From NCBI GenBank assembly GCA_013265495.1, contig MU058824.1, forward strand, positions 1,887,111 through 1,951,110: a stretch of 64,000 nucleotides of DNA, given 5' to 3'. Source of the stretch: Vicugna vicugna. Taxonomy: Eukaryota. Both the position numbers and the translations under genes were made by a program. Every line of letters begins with the position of its first letter. Position 1 is the first letter of the stretch. The notes beneath the pieces are model-generated. The model made no database searches. It was not told the DNA's origin and was given only the letters and a program-made list of their open reading frames with translations. Below are positions 1 to 13,700 of this stretch, piece by piece.

Positions 1-555
1 CAAGCCATTGGGAAAATCTAGGTCTACACATATTTCTCACTTTCCATGGACCAGCCGCTGAGGCATGTTCTTCAAGAGGGCAAGCCCTACATGCAAGCGC
101 ATTTTAAACCTGTGTTTAACATCATACCTACCAACAACCTTTCAGCCAAAGCCAGTCACATGGCCATGCCCGAAGTCAAGAGGAGGAGGGGGAAGTAGTC
201 TCCTGTGGAGGTGGAGGGGAAGGAGTGAGTATTTGCCCAGCGGTAATTTAGTCCCCACATTCATCTTCCTCTTTACTTCCCACTTGAATTTCACCTCGTT
301 TTTTCTGTTTGGTCCCTTCCTTTTTCTGGGAATTCAGCTAAATATTTTAAAAATATGTTTTGCATTTATCTATCATCTAGGTGTTTGTGGAGCAAGGGTT
401 TTTTAGAGTAGTTTGCCCACCATATTGCTAGATGTTTGCATGGACCGTAGGGACCATGGAGCAAAGCCAGGGCTCCATCACGGTCTACAGACCTTGGCAT
501 CCTCTTGTTGTTTGACCATGCTATTGCTGCCCTTTAAGTAAGTGACCTCCTCGTG

Positions 556-765
556 CAGTCTTTTTCAAACTTTTGACCATGACTACAGTAAGAAAAACAT
601 TTTATTTTATAGCTCAGTCCACATATATATAATTCACAAAATTTTAACCCTTCCTGAGTGGGGTGCATTCTGGTATGTTCTGTTCCAATTTTTAAAAACC
701 AGTCATGACGTGAAACTGATTTTCAGTCTACCAGTGGGTCACAACCTGCTGTTTGAAAAACTCTG
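556..765. mobile_element. hAT-Charlie-type MITE
   Basis: Terminal inverted repeats CAGTCTTTTTCAAAC (556-570) and GTTTGAAAAACTCTG (751-765), 13/15 match. Confidence 0.7.
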
Positions 766-1284
766 ACTTCCTGATCTTTTTTGTCATTTTTTTCTTTCTT
801 GTTATTAATGTAAGAATATGTCTACTTTTATCCTTTTACTAAGGGTGTATAAACTCAGTCAGACTGCCTTTTCATCTGACTCATTATGAATCTCTCCATG
901 GTCTGCGGTGCCAGGCCAGCCTTTAGTGCTACCTGGCTCCTTCCTGCAAACATCTGTTGAGCCTGCATTCCGTACCAGCAGGCATGCTGATAGGTGGGTG
1001 CCCAGCTCTTGAAGAGAAGATGCCATTACTCAGCCTAGACAAGTACTTGGTCAAAGGGTGGCCCATTCCTGAAGTGTGGTAAGCTCCTTGGAGCCTGTTG
1101 AGGTGATCAGTGGAGGCTACAGAGAGAACAGATTTGAGCAGGGAAAGAAAGCAAGGGGAGATGGAGGCCAGGAGAGGTTTGGAACTTTTCTCAGCAGAAA
1201 TAGGGAGCCACTGATGGATTTTGAGCCGGGTAGTTATAAGATTGGATGAAGGTTTCAGGAAGTTAGTTTGGCAAGTCCATCCAA

Positions 1285-1410
1285 CATTCATTCAACAGGT
1301 ATGTAGTAAGTGCCCTCTATGCTTCAGGCACTGTTCTAGGCATTCAGAGGTTTTCAGTGAACAAAACAGACAAACATCCCTGCTCTCATGGAGCTTATGC
1401 TCCAGCAGTG
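1285..1410 (-). mobile_element. L2 3' end fragment
   Basis: attcattcaaca...ggcactgttctaggc...ccctgctctcatggagctt, a typical L2 tail. Similar fragments at about 7400-7560, 41750-42200 and 47190-47900. Confidence 0.65.
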
Positions 1411-1658
1411 GGGCTGGAGGCAGAGGCGTCAAGCGTATATTGTTTACAAGGAATACTGTGTATGGAAGGTGATATGTACAATAAGAAAATGAAAAGGAGA
1501 GGGTGAGGGTGACAGGAGTGGCTCAGGTGGGATGCATCGGACTGATCGGGCCGTGACTAGGGATGAGGATGCGGCCCAAGCGCCAGCAGCGCCAGTGGGG
1601 AGGGCAGTGGGCAGGATGGCAGGGCTGTCAGCCTCGGGATCCTCCATTTTCCTTTCAG

Positions 1659-1792
1659 AAACACGATGCATAACATCCGGAGCAACAAGCAGACCCAAGG
1701 AACAGGCCACGCTCCCCCAGGAGAAGATTCCCCACTGAGCGAGGAGCCCCAGAGGGAGGAGCAGCCCTCATCCCCTGACCCCGGCACCCCAG
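1659..1792 (+). CDS. TBC1D2: TBC1D2 coding exon (probably exon 4)
   Basis: Acceptor ttttcctttcag|A; encodes [17 protein letters not shown]...DPGTP; donor G|gtgagc; 134 nt. Confidence 0.93.
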
Positions 1793-4700
1793 GTGAGCCT
1801 CTGCCCAGGTCCGAGCTGCCTTCAGAGACTGAGTGTGTGCCCTCTCTCCTCCCCGAAAACCAGCATTCATGCTTGTGTGTGTCAAAGGTGGAACTCTCCA
1901 GGTCACTCCTCCTCTCCTCCTGGGCTTCCACGGGTCTAGTAGCAATGATTCTTTTTTGGGGGGTGATAACAATACGTAACTTAAAACTTACCACTTTAAC
2001 CAATATTAGGTGTGTAGTTCAGTGGCATTAAGTACATCCGCAATTGTGTGCAACCATCACCACCAACCATTTTCAGAAGTCTTTTCATCCTCCCAAACTG
2101 AAACACCAAGCAGTGATTCTGGAAGTAATAAGGAAAATCTCTCTCACTTTTACTTTCTTACTTTTTTTTTGTTAATTTACAAGGAAAGGATATAAAAATG
2201 CTTTTCTGGGATAATTAAAATCAGATCTGACTGAAGAGGCAGAACAGACAACCTCAAGGTGTTCATCCCAGTTATGATGTGGCACTTTATTATTTCTTTC
2301 ACGAAATGTGGGTGACCCACAACATCAGGGGGTTTGACGTCTCTGAAATTGGCATTGATGCCCTTAGAACGTATTTTAACTTAGAAACAGCTGGGAGAAA
2401 ACGGGCTAAGGTAGCACTGAGGGGTCTTAGGGCAGAGAGGCCCCCGGTGCTGGGTAGAGGTGACTCTAGAAAAAGCACCCCTTTGGAGCAGTGCCTGGAG
2501 AGTCCCCACAGATCACAATGAACAGTCCAAGAGAAAGTCAGTACTATATCAAATCAATAAAAATAATACAACTAGCACTTATATATAGTGGCACTTTTTG
2601 CTAGAGCAACTCTAAGCTTTTTTTTTTTTTTTTGGTAACAGTTTCATTAAGATGTAATTCACATACCATGCAGTTCACTCCTTTGAAGCATACAGTTCAG
2701 CAGCTTTCAGTATATTCTGTACAATCATCCCTGTAATCAATTTTCAAACATTTTTATTACCCCCAAAAGAAACCCTGTACCCCTCAGCCCTCAATCCCAA
2801 TCTCCACCACCTTCTAACTACAGGCAACCACTAAATCTACCTGCTGCCTCTATAGATTTGCCTGTTGTGGACATTTCATGTAAATGAAATCTACAGTATG
2901 TGGTCCTCTGTGATTGGTGCCTCTCACTCAGCACAACCTTTTCAAGTTTTGTCCATGTACACTAAGTGCTTTACCTGCATTAACCTGTTTAATCCTTACA
3001 ACCTGAACAGTACATACTGCTGTTCTCGTCATTTAATAAATGAGGGAACTGGGGACAGACGTGTGGGGTGACTCGCTCACGGCTGCACAGTGAGTAACAG
3101 AATACAATTCAGGCCAAGCAGTCCAGTCCCATACTGCTAACCTGAAGCCTCGTTTTCTAAGTCAGTGACTTTTCAAACTACATCTTTATTGCCATGAAAC
3201 TTTGTGCCCATAAACAAAATCTGAAACACAAAGCAGATAAAAGCCGAGTGGAGGCAGGAGTGGGAGTCTGGGCTCCCCCTCAGCTCCTCCGGGCCCACCC
3301 TCTTCCCTGCCCAGTCAGCGCTTGAGGTGCTCCCACGAAATCCCAGGGCACTGATTGGAAACCACTGTCGTAGGCCTCGTTTTCCCCAACTGCAAGCTGA
3401 GCAGGGTGATCTTACGCTGCCTGTCCTCAGGGCTGGTGGATGGTAGTGTTATTATTAGAGGGCAGCAGGGCTCCAGGGAGCCTCCCAGCCCTCTTAGACC
3501 CTGTGGCAGGAAAGAGAAAGCAGCATCGCATTCCTCTGAGCTCTGCAAGCTGCTTTGTACCCGCTTAACCAGATTTCTTTTAAGTTTGGAACAAGACTTG
3601 ATCTTGTGCTCAACAAGGCCAAGGAGTTTCTGGTTTTTGTCACCTACGAGAGTAGTTCTTTATCTGTTCAGGACTATTTGGTTGGTCCTTGGCCTCGTCC
3701 TCAGAAGAAAGTTGCTAAGTGATTCAGCTTGTCCTGCAAGCCCTGCCTGTCCCCTCCCCTAGAATCTCATACCACATCCTTATTCTTAACATCTTAGTCC
3801 CAAAATGATTGGGTATAACTTACTAAAATGTATATCAGGGGGAACGTAAATGAGTATTTTGGGTTAGGAAATTTAGGTAAGATCAAGAAAAAAATCCTAC
3901 AGTGTACCAAAGGTGGGCAGCAGATGTGGCTCTGAGCTTCTCAGCAGCCAAGGCAAAGAGGGAAATGCATGTGTTTAGATTATTTCCAGCTCCATGAGAT
4001 TAAACCTGTATTTTCTTGGAAGAGGCAAAGCTTTTTCTGGCACTGAGTACTGGGGAGAATTTCTCCTGTTGGAGCCTCATAATGAACATGATGTGTATGA
4101 TCCATGTGATCAAAATTCTCAAGGTCCCTTGACCATATAGTCGGGCCATTACGTGTCCCTGGATGCAGGCTGATGGCAGAGCCCTAAAGCTGGGGGCAGG
4201 GCAGGACAAGTCAGTCTGAGTGAGTGAGTCTCTGATATTGGATGTGATTTAAGAATAAAATTTAGCACTGGTGAGCAAACACTGTCTATAAAGAGCCAGA
4301 TAAACAGAGGCGTTGTAGGCCATATGGTCTCTGTTGCAAGTACTCAACTCTGCCCTTGTGGAGTGAAAGAAGTACAGACATTGTGCAACAAATGGCATGA
4401 CTGTGTTCCAGTAAAACTTTATTTACAAAAGCAGGCTACCGGCAGATTTAGCCTGGGCTGTTGTTTGCTGTCTCAGGCTCTGGAGGAAATAAAAGGATAC
4501 GGCCTTGAGACGTTCGGCTGTGGGAAATATGTCTCCTAATTTAGCATGAAATAAGAATCAGTGAGAATTTAAATTAGTCACTGGGGCGATAATGCAGAGT
4601 ATAGGTATTTTGTGCTCCTATCGAAGGACAAGATCCGTGTGCTTTGAAAATCACCCAGAGGGTAGAGGTGGGAGCCTGAAATAAGAAAAAAGACACCCTG

Positions 4701-7700
4701 CCTGGGCCTGTGCCTGAGGAGATGGCCACCTGGCAGACCCCAGCGGGGTATTACGAGATAGGCCATGTAGGTTGGGATCCAAGTTTAGAGGATGAGCTGA
4801 ATGATCTGGCCAGCACAAGGTAAACCATGTTTACACAGTGCAGTGGTTCTCAAAGTATGATCTCTGGACAAGCTGTATCAGTATCACCTAGGAACGTTTA
4901 AAAATGCGAATTCTCAAGCCCTGCCCTAGGCCTATGGCATGGAAAGCTCTGGGAGCAGAGTCCCCAGTCTGCATTTTACTAAGCCTTCTAGGTGCTTCTG
5001 TAGCAAGCCCAAGTTTGAGAACTACTGAGGCTGCTGATCATAACCTCTGTGTTTTTCCTCTTGAACAGGGAAGGACTCAGCAGATTCTCTGAAGCCTCCC
5101 AAGTCCTTTCTGAGCACCAATCTCATTCAAAAAGCCAAACTCCAGAGCAGTACCTTCCCACTGTTCACCGAAGGGCTCATACGGAACCGAACCGCCCAGG
5201 AGAAAGTGCTGGCCTTGGAGCAGCAGGTTCTGATGCTCACCAAGGAGCTAACGGCTCAAAAGGTAAGCTCTGGCCCAAGAGAAGCCCCAGGCTTCAGTGG
5301 ACCCCTCTGGGCCTGGAGCCTTTGGACAAATTAGACATGATACATTGGCCAGTCTGTGGTCCTTGACAGTCAAACTGCAGGTGGCTAGAAATGCTGTGCT
5401 GTTGATCAGTCAGGGATGTGCTATCACTCAAGCTAGGTGACAGAAGGCCACCAAGAGCAAGGTCTCTTGATCCTCTCCTGAAGGACTGTGCATGGTCTGA
5501 CCCCCCTACCCAAAGAGGGACAGTGTTTGGAGGAGTCTGATCTGGGTACAGGGTCCTGGGAGGGGCCACCAAAGGAACTGGGGGATCTTTGACCTGGTAG
5601 CTGGTAAGGGGTACAGATCTCTAACGGTCTGTCACAGGACAGAGAAAGCAGGCAGGTCTGTGTGGCCCTGGGGCTGAGCAAGGCCCAACAGGGGACAGTG
5701 ACAGGGAGGAAGATTTAAGCTAGAGAATAGAGAGGTTAATTATACTGGTTAAGAAAAGAACGAGCTTGGGGGGGGTTGGGTACAGCTCAGTAGTAGAGTG
5801 AGTGCTTAGCATGCATGAGGTCCTGGGTTCAATCCCCAGTACCACCATTAAAAAATAATAATAATAAAAATAAATTAATAAAAGAAAAGAACAAGCTACA
5901 TGATTATTGTAGAAAACAGATCATATACATACACAGGGATTAGAATCATTCAGAAATCCTGTAACCCAGAGAGTAAATTGTGGTCATATCCAGGAGTGAC
6001 CTCATGAAGTAGTAAGGGTCATGTGACAGGGAGGCAGTGGGGTTGCGGCACTGGACAATAGGCTCTTTTTTGTTTTCATTTTTCAGTTTTGTTAGGTAGG
6101 ATTGTTACAATTTGACTGCACATATACAATATATTGTATGTAAACACATATACACAATATACTGCCCATATATTTTTCATTTACATATACGTACTGTTCA
6201 TTGTTTCTAAGAACGTAGCTTTTTAACTTACATAGTTATCAAAGGAATAAAGCCAACCACAAAATAAGAATTAATTCAAAAAGATACTTACACCCTACAA
6301 TTAACAGCAACATTATTTATAATTGCCAAGATATGGAAGCATCCTAAGTGCACATCAATAGATGAATGGATAAAAAAGATGCAGCATATATAAGTAATGA
6401 AATACAACATAAGAAAGAAGGGTATTTTGCCATTTATGGCCCTTCATTCACTTTTTTTTTTCACTTCAAAAACCAGAATTTTATAACTGGCATAAACATT
6501 CCCATTACATCAAAAACAAGAAAATACCTAGAAATAAACTTAACCAAGGAGGTTACCTACACTCTGAAAACTATAGAACACTGATGAAGGAAATTGAAGG
6601 TGATGCAAGGAAATGGAAAGATACCTTGTGCTTCTGGATTGGAAGAATCAACATCATCAAAATGGCCTTACTACCCAAAGCAATCTACAGATCCAGTGCA
6701 GTCCCTGTCAAAATGCTCACGACATTCTCCACAGAACTAGAACAAGCAATTCCAAAATTTATATGGGACCATGAAAGACCCCGAGCTACCAAAGCAATCT
6801 TTTGTAGATTTTTTTTCTCTCTTTCTTCTTTTTGTTCTCTTTTCTTGTGATTTAATGACTAGAGAAGTTCCTGTAACATTTGTTGTAAAGCTGGTTTTGT
6901 GGTGCTGAATTCTTTTACTTTTGTTTATCTGTGAAGCTTTTGATTTCTCCATCAAGTCTGAACAGAGGGGATAGGCTCTATTTAGCATAATAAAAGTCAT
7001 TAAGCTTTCACAGTTGTTACCCAAATCCCGAGGGTGGTGCCGGTAGGGCTCCAGTGATGGGCCCCACTGAGCACCCAGGCTCCTCCACCTCTGAGGGGAA
7101 GGCCCAAAATTTCATGCCTTGGTACCAGTGAGCCTCCTTCTGCTTTGTTTTTGCTCTTGCTCTTGGGGAGGTGGGGAGTGTCCTGTATTTACTGCTAAAA
7201 ATTCTCCCCCTTGTACATTTCTTCTCTTCCTTTATGCTCTGTTTTTGGAGAAAATGTTCTCCCTATCTAGTTTTGCTCCTTCTTTGCCTTTCTTGCCCCT
7301 AAACAGTTAATACGGGAACCAGCAGACACTTCATTCCTGACAGGTCAGGGTAACTGTTAATGAAGTAGCTGGTGATCAGAGTTCTCCAAGGAGGAAGCTC
7401 ATTCGTTCATATGTTCTCAATTCATTTGTTCATTCAGCAAGTCTTTAGTGAGGACCTGTTACATGTAAGCTGAGTTCTAGGTGCTGGAAAACAAACAGTG
7501 AAGAAAGACACAAGTCCTGCCCTTGCAGGACTTCCATTTCATGGCAGAGACAGGCATTCAGCAAACCAACACCGATATATCCTTACAGCATGTAGGTCTC
7601 CTCTGCTGCCACTAGCAACCCAGCTGTCACTCTTTCCTCCAGTCACCTCTGTGTTCCTGTCAAGAGGCTGCAGGCCACTCCTGAGAGCTGAGGGCATTAA

Positions 7701-10700
7701 GCTGAGCTGTAGCGGCTTCCTAATCCCTGGACCAGTACAGCTCAAGTCCCAAACCCGACCTGACTGGAAAAGACATCTAGAATGTAAACACCACCTCTCC
7801 TTTCCGTGCATCTTCCCCTTCTTTCCAGGAAACGTGGGCAGCCTCCCGTGACTCAGCCTTTCCTTCCAAGGACGTGGGAGTTGTCAATGACGTGGATAAT
7901 CCCCGGGAAACCTAGATTTCATCCGGGTTTGTCCCCGATGGCTGTGCAGCCCTGGAGGACTCTCCGTTCTTCAATAAATGAGGCAAACTCATGGAGATTA
8001 GCAAGGGCTGCCCAGGCCGTTGACAACTCCCCTTCAGCAGAGTGGAAATGTCAGGAGGAAGTTGTCTGAGCACTAAAGAATCTAGACTTTGACTAGTTCA
8101 CTTTCCAGCAGACCTCAGCCCTGTCCTGGGACAGATAGTCGGGAGGAGAGCAAGTCTTGGGGTTTAACTTTTGGCTCACAGCATGAGTGGATTTGCATGC
8201 TCTCCGACCCATCTCCCAAATGCACTTTAGTCTAGTGGGCCATTCAAAGCACAGGCCTTTAGATAAGATACGCAGGCCCCAATTCTGGCTCTTAACCTCT
8301 CTGAGCCTCGGTTCCCTCCTCCTTAGATGGAGCTGTAATCCTGTTTACTGGAGAGGCCTGTGTCCAGATTCACAAAGCCCAGTGCCTGGCACGCAGCAAG
8401 TCCCCCAGACATGCAGGCTTTGGTTATGTTGGCGATGACTGTGGCATTCGCTGCCCTCCTCGTTGATTCCTGCCTGCCTTACCAGGAGTGAGGCACCCCC
8501 CTCCCCCGCCAGGGGCTCCGGAGGTGTGCTTGTGTGGCACAGCAGCATGAGCTGAGGCCCCACCACCTTCATTCCACATTAGGAAGGGGAACCCAGCCCT
8601 ACCAACTCAGGTTTTGCCTTCAACCCAAATACCAAAACCAAAGAGGGGCAGGAGGAAAAGGGACTGACTCTTGACCCACAGATAAGACAGAGGAGCTGGC
8701 ACGATCTTGGGGTACACAGTGGGACCCCAGCCACTCAGAAATGCTGGTCAGAGAGCACCTCTCCATCTGAGACCCTCCAAGTCTAATTCCTCAGCTGGGG
8801 AAACAGTCCCCTGGACCTCCTGGGCCCATGTCTACAGGATGCCCTCCTGTGACTCTTCAGTGAGAAGGCACCACCTTTCTACCTCAGGCTGCAAGAGGAC
8901 ATGGGAACTGGGGGTCTTCTCCAGGCTCAGATAGCCAGACAGAACCTGCCAATAGTTTTAGTGATTTTTAAAAAGAGTTTGTATCTCAGGGTCTATTGGA
9001 TTCTATGGAGGGCACAGAGGTACGTTGGGCCACATCCCTGCCCTGGGGGACCTCACCCTCCAGTGGGGAAGAGACAATACGAGCACAAGTAACTGGGTAT
9101 TAAGTGGCCCCAGCACTGTGCTGGAACCTTCCATGCTTTGTCACTAATCTTTACACACACACACACAGTTATCAGCTCCTTCTGACGAACAAACTAAGGT
9201 TCTAAGAGGTTCTGATGCTCAGGGCCTCCCAGGCGCCAAGCCAGGGTTCACACTCTGGTCTGCCTGCCTCTAGAGCTTCTCCCTTTTCACTGCACCATGC
9301 TCAGAGAAGGTGGGTGACTTCCAGGGTCACACAGCTGGAAGAGCCAGGACTTGGGCCCTGGTCTCCTTCTCCAGGTCCAGGACCGCCTCCTCCCTAGTCT
9401 TACAGTATCGGACACAAGCACCGCAACTGCTCCTCGGAACAAGTGAACACACTCCCTGTGATTCCGATGCCCATTAAGCCATTATCCCTCCCAGGCCCCT
9501 GCAGCACGGGCCCCACGGGAGATCTGGACTCTAGGAGAGAGCGCCAGATGGCGGCCTGGCCTCTGACTCAGGCTTTCAGAGCTGACAGCATCGCACCCAG
9601 CCTGGAGGCTGTCTGCTCCGGCAGATGGAAGGAAGGCTGCTGTTAGTGGTGATGTTGGCCATCTGTTGGCTGCTGGGAATGGTGAACCCCTCCCAGGTGC
9701 TGCCTGGGGCCAATTTAGCTCAGGATTACTTGGTAAAAGCACGTCATTCACTTGGGAAGCTTCTGGGAAGCCAAAGACTTCAGAGACAGGCCCTGGGGCC
9801 TGAGGTCATAAAAGAGGGTCGAGAAGGCCCCTGCTTCAGCTGGGGGAGGGACACCTGCCACATCTGCTCATCCTTTCAGTGACTCTCAGTAAAGTAAGGA
9901 CCATTATCTCCATTTTACATCCGAGAAAGCTGAGGTTCAGTTTTGTTAAACACCTGCATTAGATACACCCTCATGGATCTGGAATGGGAACCAAGGCCTC
10001 TGTAACTCGAAAGCCAGTGCCCCTTCACCTGCACCCAGCTGACTCCAGTCCCCTTAGGGGTCAGTGGCTGAAGTGCTGCGCTCCCAGTCCAGTGCTTTTG
10101 TCACAAACAATGTTGGGCGCCGTACCGCCTTGATTTTAGTGAGTGATGAAGGTATCAACTCTTTAATAAGATAAAGGATTTTTTTAAATGATTTATTGGC
10201 TTTTAAAAACTTTAATAAAATGACAACTTATGACCAGTTATCAAAGTCTGAGATGGGCCAGGCAATGATTTGATTAAGAAATATTAAAAGTATCACTTGA
10301 TCGGCTCTTCTATTTCTAAGACTTGGTCCTAAGGCATTGCTTATAATTGCGGGAATTGGAAATGACCCAGATGTCCATGCTGGGGTGGGTGGGATGAAGG
10401 GAACTGTGGTACCTTCGTACGAGGCGTGCTCTTGAACTGTCGCAAACAAAGGTGTTGCTCAATACCGACTAACCTGGAGAGGCACCGTCACGTCATAAGG
10501 ACAAAACCAGCTTCAGAACTGACGTTCAAGCCTTCCTTTTTGTTTCTGTTATTTTTATTGATGTGTATGTGCGTTCTTGTGACTGGCTTATTTTTACCTA
10601 ACAGAATGGCCTCAAGGCTCATCCATGTTGTAACATGTGACAGTAACATTCCATTCTGTGCCACATTCTGTTGATCCACTCACCATCAACAGACCCTTGG

Positions 10701-13700
10701 GTTATCTCCACCTCTTGGGTTTTGTGAATAATGCTGCTACGAACATGGATTATTTCCACTTTTAAAGAACTTGAAAGAAGCGTTTCGGTGCAAAATCCAT
10801 TAACTACACATCCTGGAGAAGCGAAGGATCTTAGGATTGGAGTTGAGAGCCCTCTGTTCTTGCTGCAGTTTTCCCTGTCATGGGGATCACCAAGTCCCTT
10901 TGGTCCCCTCCTTTCTCCTTTCTTGAGCTTCAGTCTCCCTATGTGACAGTGAGGTGACTGGACCAGGTGGTCTCCCAGGGCCTTCCAGCCTCCAGGTGGT
11001 TTTCTAAATCCATGATCCACTCCCACTCCTCACCTCACACTTCCTGCTCCAGCTCCATCCCTCTTCCGAGTTCCTTTCCCCCTGCCCCGTTTTGGTGCAG
11101 GGATCCTGAGGTGGGAGGACAGCCTCCTAGGCTGGTGTCTTTGTCTTGGATTTGGAAAGCCAGATGTGGGAAGTGGAGAGACAGCGTTCCGATGTCATGA
11201 AATGGGCCTCAGAGTTGACTCTGAGTTGGGGGAAAGATACCCACTGGATTCTGAGGCTAGGGCGAGTCTGAACAGTGGCACGTGTTGGTTATTTCACCAG
11301 GCAGTTACCCAAGGTAATCTCCAAACTTCAGCTGACCTAGAAAACGGTCTAGGTTTCTCGATTATCCTGGAACCACAGGAATGTTAAATTCTCTCAGCAC
11401 AGCCCTGGGAAGCTGACTGCTTCATTCCAGACATTCTGGTTTGGTTTGCAACCACTGACCCCACCCCACCTTCCCGCCACACCCCAGAACTCCCACAGCT
11501 CCGCACTTGTTCTTTCATTCCTTTGAGCCTTTGCTCAAGCTGTTGGCTCAGCCTCAACTGGAAAGCCCTCCCAACGCTCAGCTCCCACCTGCTGCTGGAC
11601 CATCTCGGGCCCTCCTCATTCCTCAGGATCTGCTTAAACTGCTCTGCCTTTCTCTAGGATATGCTGGTCTTCCCCCGCCTCCACCCCAGGGAGAAGTCAC
11701 TGCTTGCTGCCCTGTGCCCCCACAAACACCCTTGCTTCGCTCTGCAGTAAATCATTCCATGACAGTGATTCACCTTTGCTTCCAGCAGCCTTTGTTTTCT
11801 TTGAGGGTGGGAACTGTGACCGGTCCTTCCCTGGGCCCCAGGGCCTGGCACTGAGTGATGCTTAATCAAGGTTGGATGGACAGATAGAAGAGAGAGAACC
11901 AGAGAAGGGACGGTTACTGGTATCAAGGTTTCAGGAGATGTGTGCTAATCTGTTCTTCTCGTTAGCTTCTAAAATAAAGCCATAGACTTAGGGCAATTCT
12001 CCAAAATGGAATTGTTCTTAGCAAATATCCCTATCCAGCTGATCACTGATTTAAATACTTTGGCATGCATACAGTTAACATGCCTCCTGGAAACCATGTT
12101 TTTCAAATGAGACTGGCATGAAGCACAGCAGTGTGACCTAAAAGCCCTAACTTCCAGGTCTGAGGTTCACGTGTGATTGGCTGCTGGGCTGCCTGGCTTC
12201 TGCTGTTCTTCCTGGTCCTGACTGAACACACATCTCTGCTTGGGGGCGAGACAGGTCCCTGGGTGCTGGGGAGGGTGGAAGCTCGAAGACGCGGGGAGCC
12301 AAACCTTGAATTTCCACGCAAATCAGGGGCTCCTGCCAAGGAATCAATCAAGGTCTGTTTCTTCTGAACTGTCTCACGTTTCTTTGGACCAACCCTACAG
12401 GCATCGTTTGGTGAGCCGAAGACTGGGCATGGATGACTTGAATGAGGCCCTGAGTGTGTGGCTTGGCATGAGGATGGCCAACGTGTTTCCTTTCTAATGC
12501 CACCTCCGCTCGATTAGTAGTGACTGCTCAGATGCCATGTTCAGAGGGGTTCTGAGGCCTCAACCAGGCTTAGCAGGAAGGAGTATTGAGATTAATTAGT
12601 GATGTCTGCCTCAGGAGTGACAGAGAAGAGCCAGGCCCATGTGCCATGCCGCTGACCACCCTGCTTTCATTATTGACTGAGTACAGGCTGCTAGGAGTCC
12701 AGATGACTTGGGATTAAATTCCACTCTTCTGGGCCTCTGTACATCTCTGAAACAGACATGTATCGGTCAGGGTACAGGCCCAGCTACTGTAACATAGAAG
12801 CCTTAAAGTACCATGGCCTAAAACAAATTGGAAGTTTATTTCTGACACTGAAGAATCCAAAGGTAAGTACACAGTTCTGAGCTGGTGGGGCGACCGTGTC
12901 ATCATCAACATGCAGCTTCTGCTCGTGAGCCCCACGTGGCTACCGAGATCTTGCCATTTCCCAGCCAGAAGGAAGGGGAACTGGGCCAGGGGAGCATGTG
13001 TGCTGCGGTTTTAAAGGTATGATCCAGAAGCCGCCCACAGCATTTCTCAGATCCCATTTAGGCAGAATTGTCACTTGGCCATATCTGGCTATGAGCTTGG
13101 CTGGGAAATGTAGTCTTTCACTGGGGAACCATGTATTCAACTAAATCTCTTCTGAGCAGAAAAAGAGAATATGCATGCTGGAATTAGATGCCCCCGGGGG
13201 TGACGCCGGCCACCTCCCAGGGCTCCTAGGAGAACTGATGACAGCTTATGCCCCACTGCTGCTGGCCCCTAACAGCCCTTCCCCAAGTTCACAGGGTGCT
13301 TCGTTTGTCCTGCCCAGGAGCTGGTGAAGATCCTGCACAAGGCTCTGGAGGCTGCCCAGCAGGAGAAGAGGGTGTCCAGCATGTACCTGGCAGCTGCCGA
13401 GGACAAGGACCGGCTGGAGCTGGTGCGGCACAAAGTGCGGCAGATCGCGGAGCTGGGCAGGAGGGTGGAGGCCCTGGAGCAGGAGCGGGAGAGCCTGGTG
13501 CAGACGGCGAGCCTGCGGGAGCAGCAGGTGCAGGAGCTGCAGCAGCATGTGCAGCTGCTCATGGACAAGAACCAGGCCAAGCAGCAGGTCATCTGCAAGC
13601 TCTCTGAGAAGGTCACCCAGGACTTCATGCGGCCCCTGGCAACTCCAGATGCGGCCAACAGGGACTTTCTGAGCCAGCAGGAGAAGATGGAGCACCTGAA

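Noticed and set aside
5768..5847. tRNA-Ala(AGC)-like gene
   Set aside because: A-rich tail, 16-bp TSD and a second diverged copy at 20753 show it is a SINE, not a tRNA gene
6584..6850. 88-aa ORF resembling part of a reverse transcriptase polyprotein
   Set aside because: Frameshifted, truncated L1 ORF2 remnant; not a functional gene
10330..10760. Inverted pair of old L1 fragments as a possible dsRNA hairpin
   Set aside because: The arms look homologous but too diverged for stable long pairing
13246..13695. Antisense and alternative-frame ORFs over TBC1D2 exons (also 23518-23989)
   Set aside because: Shadows of the GC3-rich codon usage of the real exons
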